From NCBI GenBank assembly GCA_030141605.1, contig JAQGDQ010002372.1, forward strand, positions 761,694 through 825,693: a stretch of 64,000 nucleotides of DNA. Reading direction: 5' to 3'. Both the position numbers and the translations under genes were made by a program. This stretch comes from Tubiluchus corallicola. Lineage: Eukaryota > Animalia > Priapulida. Under the pieces are notes generated by a model that saw nothing but the letters and a program-made list of their open reading frames with translations, was not told where the DNA came from and did not search any database. This document shows, piece by piece, positions 10,602-22,053 of the stretch; within the stretch, counting starts at the first letter, position 1; each line of letters opens with the position of its first letter.

Positions 10602-13600
10602 ATGGGGAAACATGGTATGAAAGCAAAAGCAAGGAAGCCAAAAAGACTGCACAGAAAAGGTGGGTATAATTACAGTAATTCATTCAGTTTCTTTAGTGCA
10701 GCATGATTATGGTTTAAACGAAAAACTTCTGATATGACTGTAAACTCATTAAAAAAAGAGAAGATTTAAGAGCTGTAACAGCCTTTAGGCATGGAAAGTT
10801 AATCATTTAGTCATCTGTCATCAGCTAGTCTAAGTCATTAGTCATTTTTATTTGATTTGTCAACCATTTCCAATACAATCCAAGTATAAAAAAGTATTTG
10901 TGGGAAAATGCAGTTTGTCTTGATTGATGATCTAGTCAGTACTGCATTGTAACATACCCCGACACATCGTCTCCCTTCATTACATTGCATTTCAATACAG
11001 TATACTGCATTTAACTGCACTACACTACTCTACAGTGACTACGCTACACCTCACTATGCTATTCTACGATAAACTGCAGTGCACTACACTACACTACACT
11101 ACATTCTTTATGAATATGGCTTAAATGTATATGGTTTTTCATGTGCTTTGGCACACTGTAAGCTGAAATCCAGGATTCAAAAAGTGAATCTACTCAACAA
11201 TGTGTTTATGGCATAACTAGAGCCTAGCTCGCTGTCAAAGATATCCTGTAAATTCTGAGTGACAAACCCAAACCAAGCTAATATCAACACACATTACTTT
11301 CATAAATGGCAAATGCCTGTCCACTCAACCACGAACCTGGTCATCTAATGTCATTTTGTATGCTACATAGGTTCACAGAGGCCTGATGAAGAAAGCAATG
11401 CAAGACAACACAAGAAAACAACCAAAAAGTCCAAACAGAAGTTTGGAGTGAATGCATTACTAGAAAAAGTTTGTACTGTTTTAATTTTGAAGTCTTTCTT
11501 AATTTGCAGCCATCCTGTTACTGGCCATCCATGCTTTTTATTCATTTTAATTTTATGCGTGTTTCTGTCAAACGTTTTGAGTGCCCCTGTACATTGTTAT
11601 AGTGGGCACCTTTACAGAAATGGTCAATTTTTTTAAGAGCGAAATGCATTTATTAGTCTTTCAACTGCTTGCAAAAAGGTACCATAGCTACACATTCTGG
11701 TGCAATAAACAAGTATTTGACTGCACAAATGCACGTGCGAGTTTAGCTATAAGCTGTAGATGACTGAAGCATAATGTCTCTAAGCCTGAATATACCTCTA
11801 CGGAGAAGAGTGGTCTCCAAAAAATATACGTTTTGATAAGAAGTGCTAGTTCACTGAGGTGCTTCTAGTAGCAAGTCAGTGAAGTCACTTAATTATTATT
11901 AGTTCAGTAAATCTCAGTTTTCTCCTAGAGCACGAGAACTAATTTTGTCTTTTCTCTTGGATGTAATGTATTAATAAAAGACGACCTTAAAAATACTTAG
12001 CAGCAAATTTCTATTTGGTAATTAGTTGGTAAAGTAGTAAATTTTGTTGCTTTACCTTTATCAATCCATATAGTTCATGTAAGTGTAAATAACATTGTTT
12101 ATTAGTTTCAATTTCTAAAATTCATTTTCAATTTATGGTTCAAACAAAATTTTGAGATGTCTTCTGATTATTTTATTTTAGGCACGTGAATGTCTCGACA
12201 GATTTGACATTGAAGTGGCACAGAAATTTTGTCATAGAGCTTTGGAAATAGAACCTGACAATTTAAAAGTATTGGAAACTACATCAAGCCTTCTTTTAGA
12301 AACTGGAGATGTGGATGCCGCATTACAGGTAAAAGTGCTGTAATTAGCAAGACTTAGATTTATAAATTCTACAGCTTTGATGGATTAGACATTGTTGCAT
12401 CAGAGATCACACATTTTGCTTTAATAAATAACTATAGTGTTGTAATACAGTGATCACTGTAGTGTATTCTCTTGCCAGACAAATTGCTTTTTGTGCTCAT
12501 AATTATTGAATGTGGCCTTCCAATTGTTAGTACACTCATTCTTATCGTGTATTGTGCATAAAACTAGTCTACTACGTGCAGATACTTGGAATATACTTCA
12601 CCAATTGTTTTTTAATACAGGTCTCCCAAATAAGGCACTGATTAGTAATGAGAGAGGTGTTTTGATTTTATTATAGCATGAATACGGACAAATGTTTTTT
12701 TTGTTTGCACACTGAATTGTCACCAAATGCCTTTGCAATTAATCACGACTTTTTCAGAAAGAAACAATCTTGCTTTACTTGCAGTTTTTGAATATGCTTC
12801 TACAATCAGTGAAAAACATTTTCTAAAAGTACATTTGTGCCATTTTTAACAATATCTTTAACTTGTAAACTAGCTGATTGTGCTGTTTCCTTTACATAAA
12901 ATTACCTTGTTCTTCTCATTAGTATTTAAATCGGGCAGTCAGTCTCTCACCCGATGAAGGCCATACAAAGTTTCTGTGTCTTGGGCAAGTTCTTAAAGGA
13001 CAGGAAGCTGTTAAGTGCTATCAAAAAGCCATTGATATCATGTTGTCTGAGAGGTCAGCTGATTCTGAAAATAAGGTATGGTACCTATTCTTAGCAGCAG
13101 TATTTGGGCACTCATCAGGCTAGTAACTTAGTAACTTAGCTTAGATCTGTGTCTTCAGAACTTCAGAATCAACTCTGTGTCTCTAGGTTGCAGTAAAGCA
13201 GACTACAGAGTTATTTTTTAGTTGCCCACTTGAGTAGTTATTATTTACTTTGATTACATGTCATTGTTGTACATGTGTCTTAATTTTGAAATTGTTTTGT
13301 TTCCTTTTGCTTTTATTTGATATAAATTGCATTAATTTTGTATTTTTAATAGTTGCCATATGATTTGTTTTCTCCACTCTTATTCTCATTTTTCTAACAG
13401 CAATGTCTGCCTGCCCTGTATTTTTTTAAGTAGAGATATGACCTTTGAAATTGTTATACGTTGTTATGACGTGATTTTCTTATAAAGGCAAATAAACATT
13501 TCTGATTTTTTACTCATAGACAATATTTCGCTCATAAGCCTCTTGCTAAATCATCTTGTGATTGTGATTGCCACTGCACTGAATCAAAAATGAGAAATCT

Positions 13601-16600
13601 AGTGGACTATTTGTGAAAGTCGTATAACAGCACAGGAAAGAGTGACAAAGCACTATTACTGTTAAGTAGCACTTGGGTAGTAAATAAATAGCTTTGTTTG
13701 GGTTTATATCATTTTTTAATTTAGCTATTTAAACACTACTTTTTCCAGACAGAAGCAGATGGTGCAATTGGCGTTGAGGATGTCTCCAGTTTCCCATCGT
13801 TAACTGAAATCTCTTCTGCATATTGTTCTGTTGCAGAAATATACATGACTGATTGTTGGTGAGCAAAATTTCTTTTGCCTTGGGGTCTTTACTTACAGAT
13901 CTGATGAAGGAAGTATAACTCAAAATTGGTGTGATTATAAACATTACCCTCCTGTAAAGCCTGTAATTCAATAATATAGGTTTCCTGTTTTTTTTGTAAA
14001 AAATGGCAAAAACCAAAATCCTATTCATTAGATATTGAAACATGGGATTTTTAAATACTAGTTCTAGTTGTCTGCCAAATTTTAGCTAACTACATTTTTG
14101 CAAATGGTGTTGCTGAGCTGTATGATTATAATTTGAATAGAAAGAGCATTTGCACAACTTTGGTCTTATGAGTTTATGTATGTAACTTAGGAAAGTTGAA
14201 ATTTTATGGAATACGAAATATTGTTTGTTTGCCCATTTTATCCAGTCACCTTTTGAAGTTCATATTATGTCTTATCTTATCATTCTTGAAGGCTTCAATA
14301 TCTGATTTACAGTTTTGAAGAAAATGCAGAGCATCTTTGTAAAGGTTATATAGAAAAAGCCATAGAAACTGATCCAGGCAATCCAGAAGCTCATCATTTA
14401 AAAGCAAGCTTTCTTACTACTATAGGTAACCGTGAGGTAATATTTTTTAAACTTCATTATGAGACAAAAGTATAACATTTTGCTCTATTGATTTAGTTTT
14501 CACTATACACTACCTTAGTAATGAATAATGAACTGAGTAAAAAAATGCAAAAAGTCTGAATAAGAAAATTAGTCTTACATGTCGACGACATTATCACTTT
14601 TAATAATTGTCATACTTTGCTATTTACTGTCATGTAAATATTATGTTTATTGATATTATCCTTACTTATTTATCTGCTGTTTTCCTGCTGTCAAACTGGT
14701 TAAAACACTAAAAAATGAACAAAAAGACCCAAAGACATTTTTCTTGCAATGGATTATTCGATTCCAAATAACACTAATATGTTAAAATTCAGTTTGTGCA
14801 GTTTGTTATGCTTTGAGGAATGCAGTTTTAACATCTTACTTCCATGTTAAGAAAAAACAGTGTGTTGTTTTTACGTACAAGAAGTTGATGTTTGAATACT
14901 TTTAGCAACATTTCTTTTCTAACTTCCCAGATAGAGGTTATTTTTGCTTCAGTATTTAATGGATTACACAACAATAATTACCGAATCTCACAATTTACTT
15001 TTTTGGAGATTTATTGCTTGAAGAGAAATATATGAGCTTCTAATGTGTGTTTTTTACAGGAAGCCAAAGAATCTGCCGAGAAGGGTTTATCTCTCTGGCT
15101 TCCAAACCTCCAAGCTGTTCAGCAAGGGCATCTTGAAAGTGACTCCAAAGTCGACCTTGTTGAGGTATCAACTTTTGTTGACATTATTGGTCGTATTGTG
15201 GTATACACATTGACACCAGTGATGTAGTCAAGTCTTTCGGTACCAGTCCAAGTTGAGTTTCAAGTCCTTGGGGCTCAAGTCCAAGTCAAGTCTCAAATCA
15301 CTGTGACCAGCATTCAACTCAAGTCTTGAGTCTTATTGCCCAAGTTATTGTGTCTGTGTCTGAGCTGGGTCCTAGGTTATGTTCATGTTGTCATGTACAT
15401 CTTTAAATAGAGTTTCAAGATAAAATATTCTAAGGTTTAATCAATTTTCAAACTCCTGATTAATAATAATAAATTGTTATTTTTGGTGTTATTTTGCTTA
15501 TTACTGCACTAAATTTATTGAGTAATATTGATTATTGAATTTTGCTTACAAATGGTTTTACATTTTAATAGCAATTTTGCAGTGGTGTTATAGTGAGTAT
15601 TTATAACATAAAAATTATATTATAATCAGTAGTACTAATTACAATGTACAGGCAGTTAGTCAAGTTTCTTATTACATTTAAGAAACACTATGTCAATTAG
15701 GTTCTTATCTGACAAGCTTAGCTCTGTGGTCTTACTAACAAGCCACTCTGACTGAAGACTCGCACATGTAACAGATATCCTAGTAGCTGGGTATCTATAC
15801 ACTGATTAGCCAGTTTAAAAAGCCTGGCACTAAAAAAACTGACGTAATGTTTCTGATGTTGTGTCAAGTGTACATTTAATGTTGTAATAACAGGAAAGTT
15901 TTTAACTGAGCGTAGATGTGACCACAACGGTGACCCTAGAGAGTTCAAGAACTCCACTTAGGTATAAAATATAAACATGACAATAGGCAACAAACACTGT
16001 TCGAGTGCCAGAATTGAAATGCTTTGTTAAAGGAAGACAGGATGATTTTTCATATACTACCACATTTTCAAGTCCGATAAAAAATATACATTTTAACACA
16101 ATTAGTGCTGCAAAAGCATTTCTGTTAATTAAATAATAGATTAAAAACTTAGTTAATGGCGTGCGAGCACAACTATTGATGACATCACAAACTAACATCA
16201 TTTTCAACAGCAAAAAATATTCCACGAGCACGTTGCACGTGTTTGCAAAAGCGAAAACTGAGGCACAGTACTCCACTCAGTTAAAATCTCTTCGAACAAT
16301 GTAACTACAAGTAAAGGCTTTGTACCTTGTCCTATTTGAGGCTCCCTAGACTACCAATTTGTTAACCTCGGTGATTTAACACTTTTTCAGCAAAAAATTT
16401 GGCCCTTTAATAAAAAAGTAACTCGTTATCCTAATAAAAAACAATTTGTTAAAACTAAATAGGTTTAAAAATGTTTGATTACTTAAAAATTATAAATTTT
16501 TATTGTTTGATGTATAATTTTTAGCAGCTGCAGCATGATCTTTGCTGGAAATTTTATGAAAATTATGAAGTGTTAAAGCATTTGGTAAACAGTAGGCCGG

Positions 16601-17758
16601 GGCTAAGAAGTGCAGGGCCAAATTAGAAAATTATTAGTGGAGCTGTTTGCCCCACTAATGATGCAGAACAATATAAACAGTTTGGACATATTTAACAAAA
16701 CAAACTATATTCCAAGCGTTATGTTATATAACCTCATTAACAGCACTGTTTATGTTTTGAGTGTTTGAATATCATCATCAAATTAGCAAAATTAAAATCC
16801 AATGACAATCTAACTAATGCATATAGGGTTTTTACCATTTACTTTTTTAAAAGGTAAATTGCAAGAATAAACTGAAATTATAAAACAAATGAACAAACAA
16901 TCAGCAAAAAACATTGTAATATAGGTGATATGTGAGGAAAGACTGAATAGTTTCACTCCTTCACAGTATCAAGAAACTTCATGCACATTGGACACTCATT
17001 AATTCATCATAGCATCCTCCACTCGGGCGTGTGCACAGGGCCCCCTTTTGGCGCAGAGCCCATTTTGAACAAATGTGTCTATTTGACTTAAAACCAGTCT
17101 TGATAAACAGTTATTCAAAGTGGTTACTTCTAATAAAAAAGATTATTGCTAACGTGAATGGATCTAACAAATGCATTTTAGTTTTACACAACCTTGTTTA
17201 GTGACTGCAGAACTTCAATGAATCTGAAAGTTTTAATCACATGTTATGTTATTGCCATCTCTTATAGAAAACTATTGCTTTAATGCCATTTTGATAAAAC
17301 TACTGTAATAAAATTTGTTAATATTTAGGTTTGTTCACTCAGCATTCAGAGCAGGATAGCAATATCTCAGCTACTCATTGAACTAGAAGAATATGATGTA
17401 AGTTTTTTCTGAAATGCTTTTATCTACATGCCTAATTATGATATAAGTAAAACAAAGTTTTCTTTATTGTAAATAAAAACAATGTAATTAACTAAGCTTT
17501 TTAATTTCAGAAAGCAAATGAAGTCTTAGATCTTCTTGTTGATGAAGATGATGAAATTGCAATCGTAAGTTTTGATTTTAATTTTCTTGTTCGTAGATTG
17601 GACCAGTTACTTTTGTTTGTCATTTAGATTATCACAACTTTTTAAAAGAAATATGCATTTTTTCTGTGCAGGTTTGGTATTTACTGGGTTGGCTGAATTA
17701 CTTGAAAGGTTCTGACTATTATGGAAATGCAAAATTTTATTTAAATAAGGCAAAAAAG
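10602..17758 (+). CDS. ACL4: TPR-repeat assembly chaperone of Rpl4 (Acl4-like), 10 coding exons, 335 aa read; terminal exon not found
   Basis: GT-AG exons 10602-10659, 11371-11468, 12182-12328, 12923-13075, 13749-13858, 14313-14436, 15060-15164, 17329-17397, 17511-17564 and 17672-17758 splice in frame. They give TPR helices (AQKFCHRALEIEPDNLKVLE; YLNRAVSLSPDEGHTKFLCLGQ; IEKAIETDPGNPEA) and Acl4 motifs AYCSVAEIYMTDCCFEENAE, LSLWLP and LVDEDDEIAIVWYLLGW. The gene ends at an open phase-0 donor (AAG|GTAAGT) with no stop codon. Confidence 0.9.
15218..15380. mobile_element. Degenerate hAT-like non-autonomous element end with CAAGTC subterminal repeats
   Basis: Begins CAGTGATGTAG and is followed by repeated CAAGTC/CAAGTT units. 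The other end was not identified. Confidence 0.35.
16593..17102. mobile_element. Degenerate hAT-like MITE in an Acl4 intron
   Basis: GC-rich ends (TAGGCCGGGGCTAAG...GCAGGGCC and GCAGAGCCC...CTTAAAACCAGTCTTG) form a weak inverted pair around an AT-rich core. Confidence 0.35.
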
Positions 17759-19458
17759 GTAAGTAACACATTGTTAATGTTATGCTGGCACATTACATAG
17801 TGTAGCATGTAAATTTTATGCTGGCAGATTACATAGTGTAGCAATCATAGCAGTTATATAAGAGCATGCAATGTTATATAACTGCATAAACTAGTGATCT
17901 TGAAACTTTGAAACTGGTCCAAATGTCAGTGGAAATGTCAGCAAAATATTGTAAAAATTTTTTAACAACTTTATCATTTGCCTCCACCTTTTACTGGTAT
18001 ACCTATGTGTGTCATGTAATTTGTTGGAAATATGAAAAGCCATGGTTTTACTTTTTTGGTTTATTCCCTAATGTATGGAAAAATTGAGTAGTCTGCCAGC
18101 AAAAATGGGATGATAATAACAATTTTTGCTGGACAGTAAAGGTTGTAAAACAGTTGGTTTGGTGTCAGCATACTTACCAGTCACTCTTCATGATCAGATT
18201 TTTAATATCAGTATATCATTTTCCTAAAATTAATGTGCACAGCTAGGAGTCACTCAACATTGGAAACAGTTTGAGAAACTTACAGCATGTTTTATCTTTT
18301 CTTTGTACATTATTGTGGGCATTTTCTTTGAAATTTGTGTGATTTCATTATCAAAACTATGATTTTAACTGTCAAATTTTTCTTAAACTGTTGTTGACCT
18401 TTGGCACAAGGTGATTTGCAGGCAAAACTACAGACAAATGTGTTACAAAGAAACATCTCCTCATTTTTTCAACTTCATTTATGTACAAGATAACAGTCAG
18501 AAATAAAAGGATCATTCAAAATAGGTGACATGTGAAAAGCTGTTTACAAACATTTTTAACAGACAATTTGTAACAGATGCATTATGGGATTCCCCACTAT
18601 TCAGTTAGCTCATGTCGAGTAAAAATAAATAACTACATGCATGCAATACTTTGCATGTCCTGACTTTCTAGCTTATTCATATATATTTTAGTAAAGTTAA
18701 AGGAAGTTACTTGAAAATGATACATTGTGAAGCGTCACAGCCTGCTAATGCCCTATATGAGTGGCTCATTTAGAATAAGTAAGGTGCCATTTCTGTAGAA
18801 AAATGGAAACATAGTCCCACAAATGGGAAAAATTGAGCAGTATAATAATGCAAGGCAGTTATCATTATGCAAGACAACTGTCATATTCATATGACTATAT
18901 GCTTTGCTGAAACAAACATTGTAAAATAGACAATTAAATAATTTTAGCTTGTGAAGATCATCAACTGCCTTAACATTGTTTGACCAATGTTAGCAAAAAT
19001 GGTAGTATTAAAAACTCATATACAGCAACAAGTAAAAGCATTGCCATATTGGCTACATACCTCGTTAGGATCATGCTTGTTTTATTAGGCCACAAGTCGA
19101 TAAACATTTATATGTTCATTTACAAGTACATTAAATGCACTTGAGTGGTTCACTTTAAACCTCAAATGTAACACCAGTTCATGTTCTTGTCTACTGTGTT
19201 ACCTGTCAATTATTTTGCCCATTATGGTATCTGTTATGGAAGTTTTAAAAGACTCCACATCTTATCTATTATTATAAGAAATTTTTGAACATTCATTGCT
19301 TCATAAGCGTGATAACACTTTCTGCACCACATTACCTGTCTATAAAATAACAGAACACTACTCACAATACAACAGTATTATTTACAAACAAATTTACACT
19401 TTGTCTTTTATAAAAAGACACTAACTTCACAATAATACCAAACAGTCTAAATGCAGCA

Positions 19459-22053
19459 TTATACCGAGGTGACAATTGCTGTTGTTTCCGAGTTATCTAA
19501 GTGCTTCTTTGTTTCACTAGAGTGGATGGGTGGTGGTGGTGGGGGAGGAACAACAGACATAAAATCTCTTTCTTTTTTACTAACTGTCCTGCTTTTTAGC
19601 ACGCACACATAAGCACACAGAATGATTACTAAAACGGCACACATTCCCAATGAACTTGCTAGTATTATGATGATTAAGAAATGCTCATTTTCTATTCCTG
19701 TGCACACAGAAGCACTGTGATCACTGTTCTTTTTATCACTATTGGGAGTGTCTGTTTCAAAATGCTTGTTGTCATAGAAACCATTGTTCATTGAACTAGT
19801 GCACACAAATGACGACGGCTGTAAGCACATAATACACTTATTCATTAAATATGGCGGTCCATAACACGTGATACTGTTTAGTTCATCTATATCAGCAAGG
19901 CTGCTGCGCGATTTATTTTTCCACAACTCTAACCATTCACGCAACCATTTTATTTGACAGTCACAAATCCAAGGGTTCTTATTTATCCTTAAAGTCTTGA
20001 TGCCAAGTGCATGTGTTTTTGTCAGCACATCTGTGTCCATGCGCATAATCCGATTATGGCTGAGATCTAACCAGCTCAACATCTGCAGTTTTTTAAACAG
20101 CTGACCTTTAATAGTAGAAATATTGTTATAGCCAAGATCGAGCTGTTGTAATGTTGGAATGTCATTAAATGCACTGTCTGCTATATCTGTTATTGTGTTA
20201 TTTGCTAGCGATAAATGTCTGAAAGACTTCATGATCTGAAAACTACCATTTTCAATAACTTTTATCTGGTTGTGACTGATATTTATCACAATAACTTCGC
20301 TCAAGTTATAAAAACTATTCACTTGTATGTCGCTAATGTTGTTGTGAGATAAATCAAGGCTCTGTAAACTAGATAAATTCGAAAAAGTCCATGCTTGAAT
20401 CTTTTCTATGCGGTTGAAAGATAAATTAATAGCTGTTATAGAACTAGTAAATGGTCCACCTTGAAATGCCATTGGGTCAACAGTGCTGATATTGTTTCCT
20501 TCGAGGTGAATGTTCAGCAAACTCTTCATATTACAGAAAGAGTTATCTGGCAATCGGTATACGTTGTTGTTTTCCATCTGAAGGCTTTGCAAAGCGGTCA
20601 TATTTATAAAAGCTTCTTTTGGGAAAATACTAATGTGATTATTTCTAAGTACAAGGTGCTGAAGACTCTTTTCAACCCCAAGGAAGGCTTTTGAGCTGAT
20701 GTGATCGATTTTATTATTGCCTAAAGTGAGTATCCTTAGTGAACGGAGAGTAAAAAATGATTCGTCTGGTATCCATCGTATCTGATTATCTTGTAGAGAT
20801 AAGCTCCATAAATTAGTAAATCCATAGAGTGCTGATACTGGAATTTCTGTCAGCAAGTTTCCTTCCAAGTTAAGCGTTCCTGGGTTTTCTTTAAATTCCT
20901 CTAAGCTATTGGGTGGAATGTTGATATTTTGTATTTCATTGTTACCTAAATTAAGCACATGCAGTGATCTTAAGTTAGCTATTACTGTATACGGAAATTG
21001 ACTAATACGGTTACGTGAGAGATGTAGATAGACGAGGCTGTCTTCCAGCCCATTTAGTGCCCCATCAGATATGTTACTGATTTCATTAGCATCCAAGTTT
21101 AGGTTCATTAGATTGGGAAGATTGCGAAAACTGTCATTAGGTATGGATGTTATTTCGTTCGCCCCCAGTACTAAATACTGCAGTTGGTACATATTGAGTG
21201 CTTCTTTTGGTATCTCTTTTAACTTGTTACTGTGCAGATATAGCAATGTAACATTATCTAGACCGGAAAAGCCATGCTCTTCTATTGTGGTTACCTGATT
21301 ATAAGCAATGTTGAGATGCTCTAATTCAATGAGGCTGCTAAATGCTTGGTTTTGGATGGTTGTAATGTAATTATGAGATAACTTGAGTATAGCAAGTCTG
21401 TCTAAATGGCAAAATGCATTCGAAGTGATGTTCATTAGGTTATTGTTCCGTAAATCTAACTCTTGCAGTGCATCTAACCCTTTAAAGGCATTGTGAGCTA
21501 TGCTGTTTATGGAATTTGAATTTAATTTGAGCTGTGTCATTGACGGCAAAGAACTAAATGCATAATTGTGGAGCTTCGTGATCATGTTGTAACCAAGGTC
21601 TAGTTTTTTCAGATTGTGCAAACCTTCGAATACTGCAGATGGAACTTGCGCCATGTTGTTTTCTTTCAGTATCAGCTCTAATAAATAGTCTCTAGATTCT
21701 AAAAATGCTTCTGCTGCAATCGTTTCCAAGTTGTTATTTACAATGTGAAGCTCCTTTATTTTGAGGTGGGAAAGTGTTGGCTGAGGAATAGTGCTGATTT
21801 GATTGTACTCTATCACTAGTTTGGTGATGAAATTATCTTTGTTTACACTTTGCAGTGCTTCGTCGATGCTTTCCAAATTGCTGTTTTCACAGTGGATGTT
21901 AAGTGGATTGGTGCTGGTGCACCAACAAACACTCGTCTTCCTTGTCTCCAGAGGACACAGTTGTGTAGATACCTGGTTTATTAAAGAACAACCAACGTAT
22001 GCATGAAGAAGTTGATAAAACAGCCATAGCAATTTTTCCTGCTTCCCAGCCAT
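19459..22053 (-). CDS. Single-pass leucine-rich-repeat cell-surface protein (chaoptin/slit-type ectodomain, no TIR), single coding exon, ~864 aa
   Basis: ORF 19459-22095. A strong acceptor (TTTTTTGTTGGTTTTTGCAG|ACAATG at 22058-22056) makes the ATG at 22053 the likely start. Domain order: hydrophobic signal-like N-terminus, LRRNT (CP...C-W-C), ~25 LxxLxLxxN repeats, LRRCT (NPWICDC...C..P), TM helix (FLIIIILASSLGMCAVLVIILCAYVCVL), short tail with PPPPPPP and C-terminal TSV. Confidence 0.93.
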   Translation of the reverse strand: MAGKQEKLLWLFYQLLHAYVGCSLINQVSTQLCPLETRKTSVCWCTSTNPLNIHCENSNLESIDEALQSVNKDNFITKLVIEYNQISTIPQPTLSHLKIKELHIVNNNLETIAAEAFLESRDYLLELILKENNMAQVPSAVFEGLHNLKKLDLGYNMITKLHNYAFSSLPSMTQLKLNSNSINSIAHNAFKGLDALQELDLRNNNLMNITSNAFCHLDRLAILKLSHNYITTIQNQAFSSLIELEHLNIAYNQVTTIEEHGFSGLDNVTLLYLHSNKLKEIPKEALNMYQLQYLVLGANEITSIPNDSFRNLPNLMNLNLDANEISNISDGALNGLEDSLVYLHLSRNRISQFPYTVIANLRSLHVLNLGNNEIQNINIPPNSLEEFKENPGTLNLEGNLLTEIPVSALYGFTNLWSLSLQDNQIRWIPDESFFTLRSLRILTLGNNKIDHISSKAFLGVEKSLQHLVLRNNHISIFPKEAFINMTALQSLQMENNNVYRLPDNSFCNMKSLLNIHLEGNNISTVDPMAFQGGPFTSSITAINLSFNRIEKIQAWTFSNLSSLQSLDLSHNNISDIQVNSFYNLSEVIVINISHNQIKVIENGSFQIMKSFRHLSLANNTITDIADSAFNDIPTLQQLDLGYNNISTIKGQLFKKLQMLSWLDLSHNRIMRMDTDVLTKTHALGIKTLRINKNPWICDCQIKWLREWLELWKNKSRSSLADIDELNSITCYGPPYLMNKCIMCLQPSSFVCTSSMNNGFYDNKHFETDTPNSDKKNSDHSASVCTGIENEHFLIIIILASSLGMCAVLVIILCAYVCVLKSRTVSKKERDFMSVVPPPPPPPIHSSETKKHLDNSETTAIVTSV

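Noticed and set aside
20461-22006. Plus-strand ORFs overlapping the LRR gene (also 62858-63239 over TDH)
   Set aside because: Antisense shadows of real coding sequence with no recognisable motifs.
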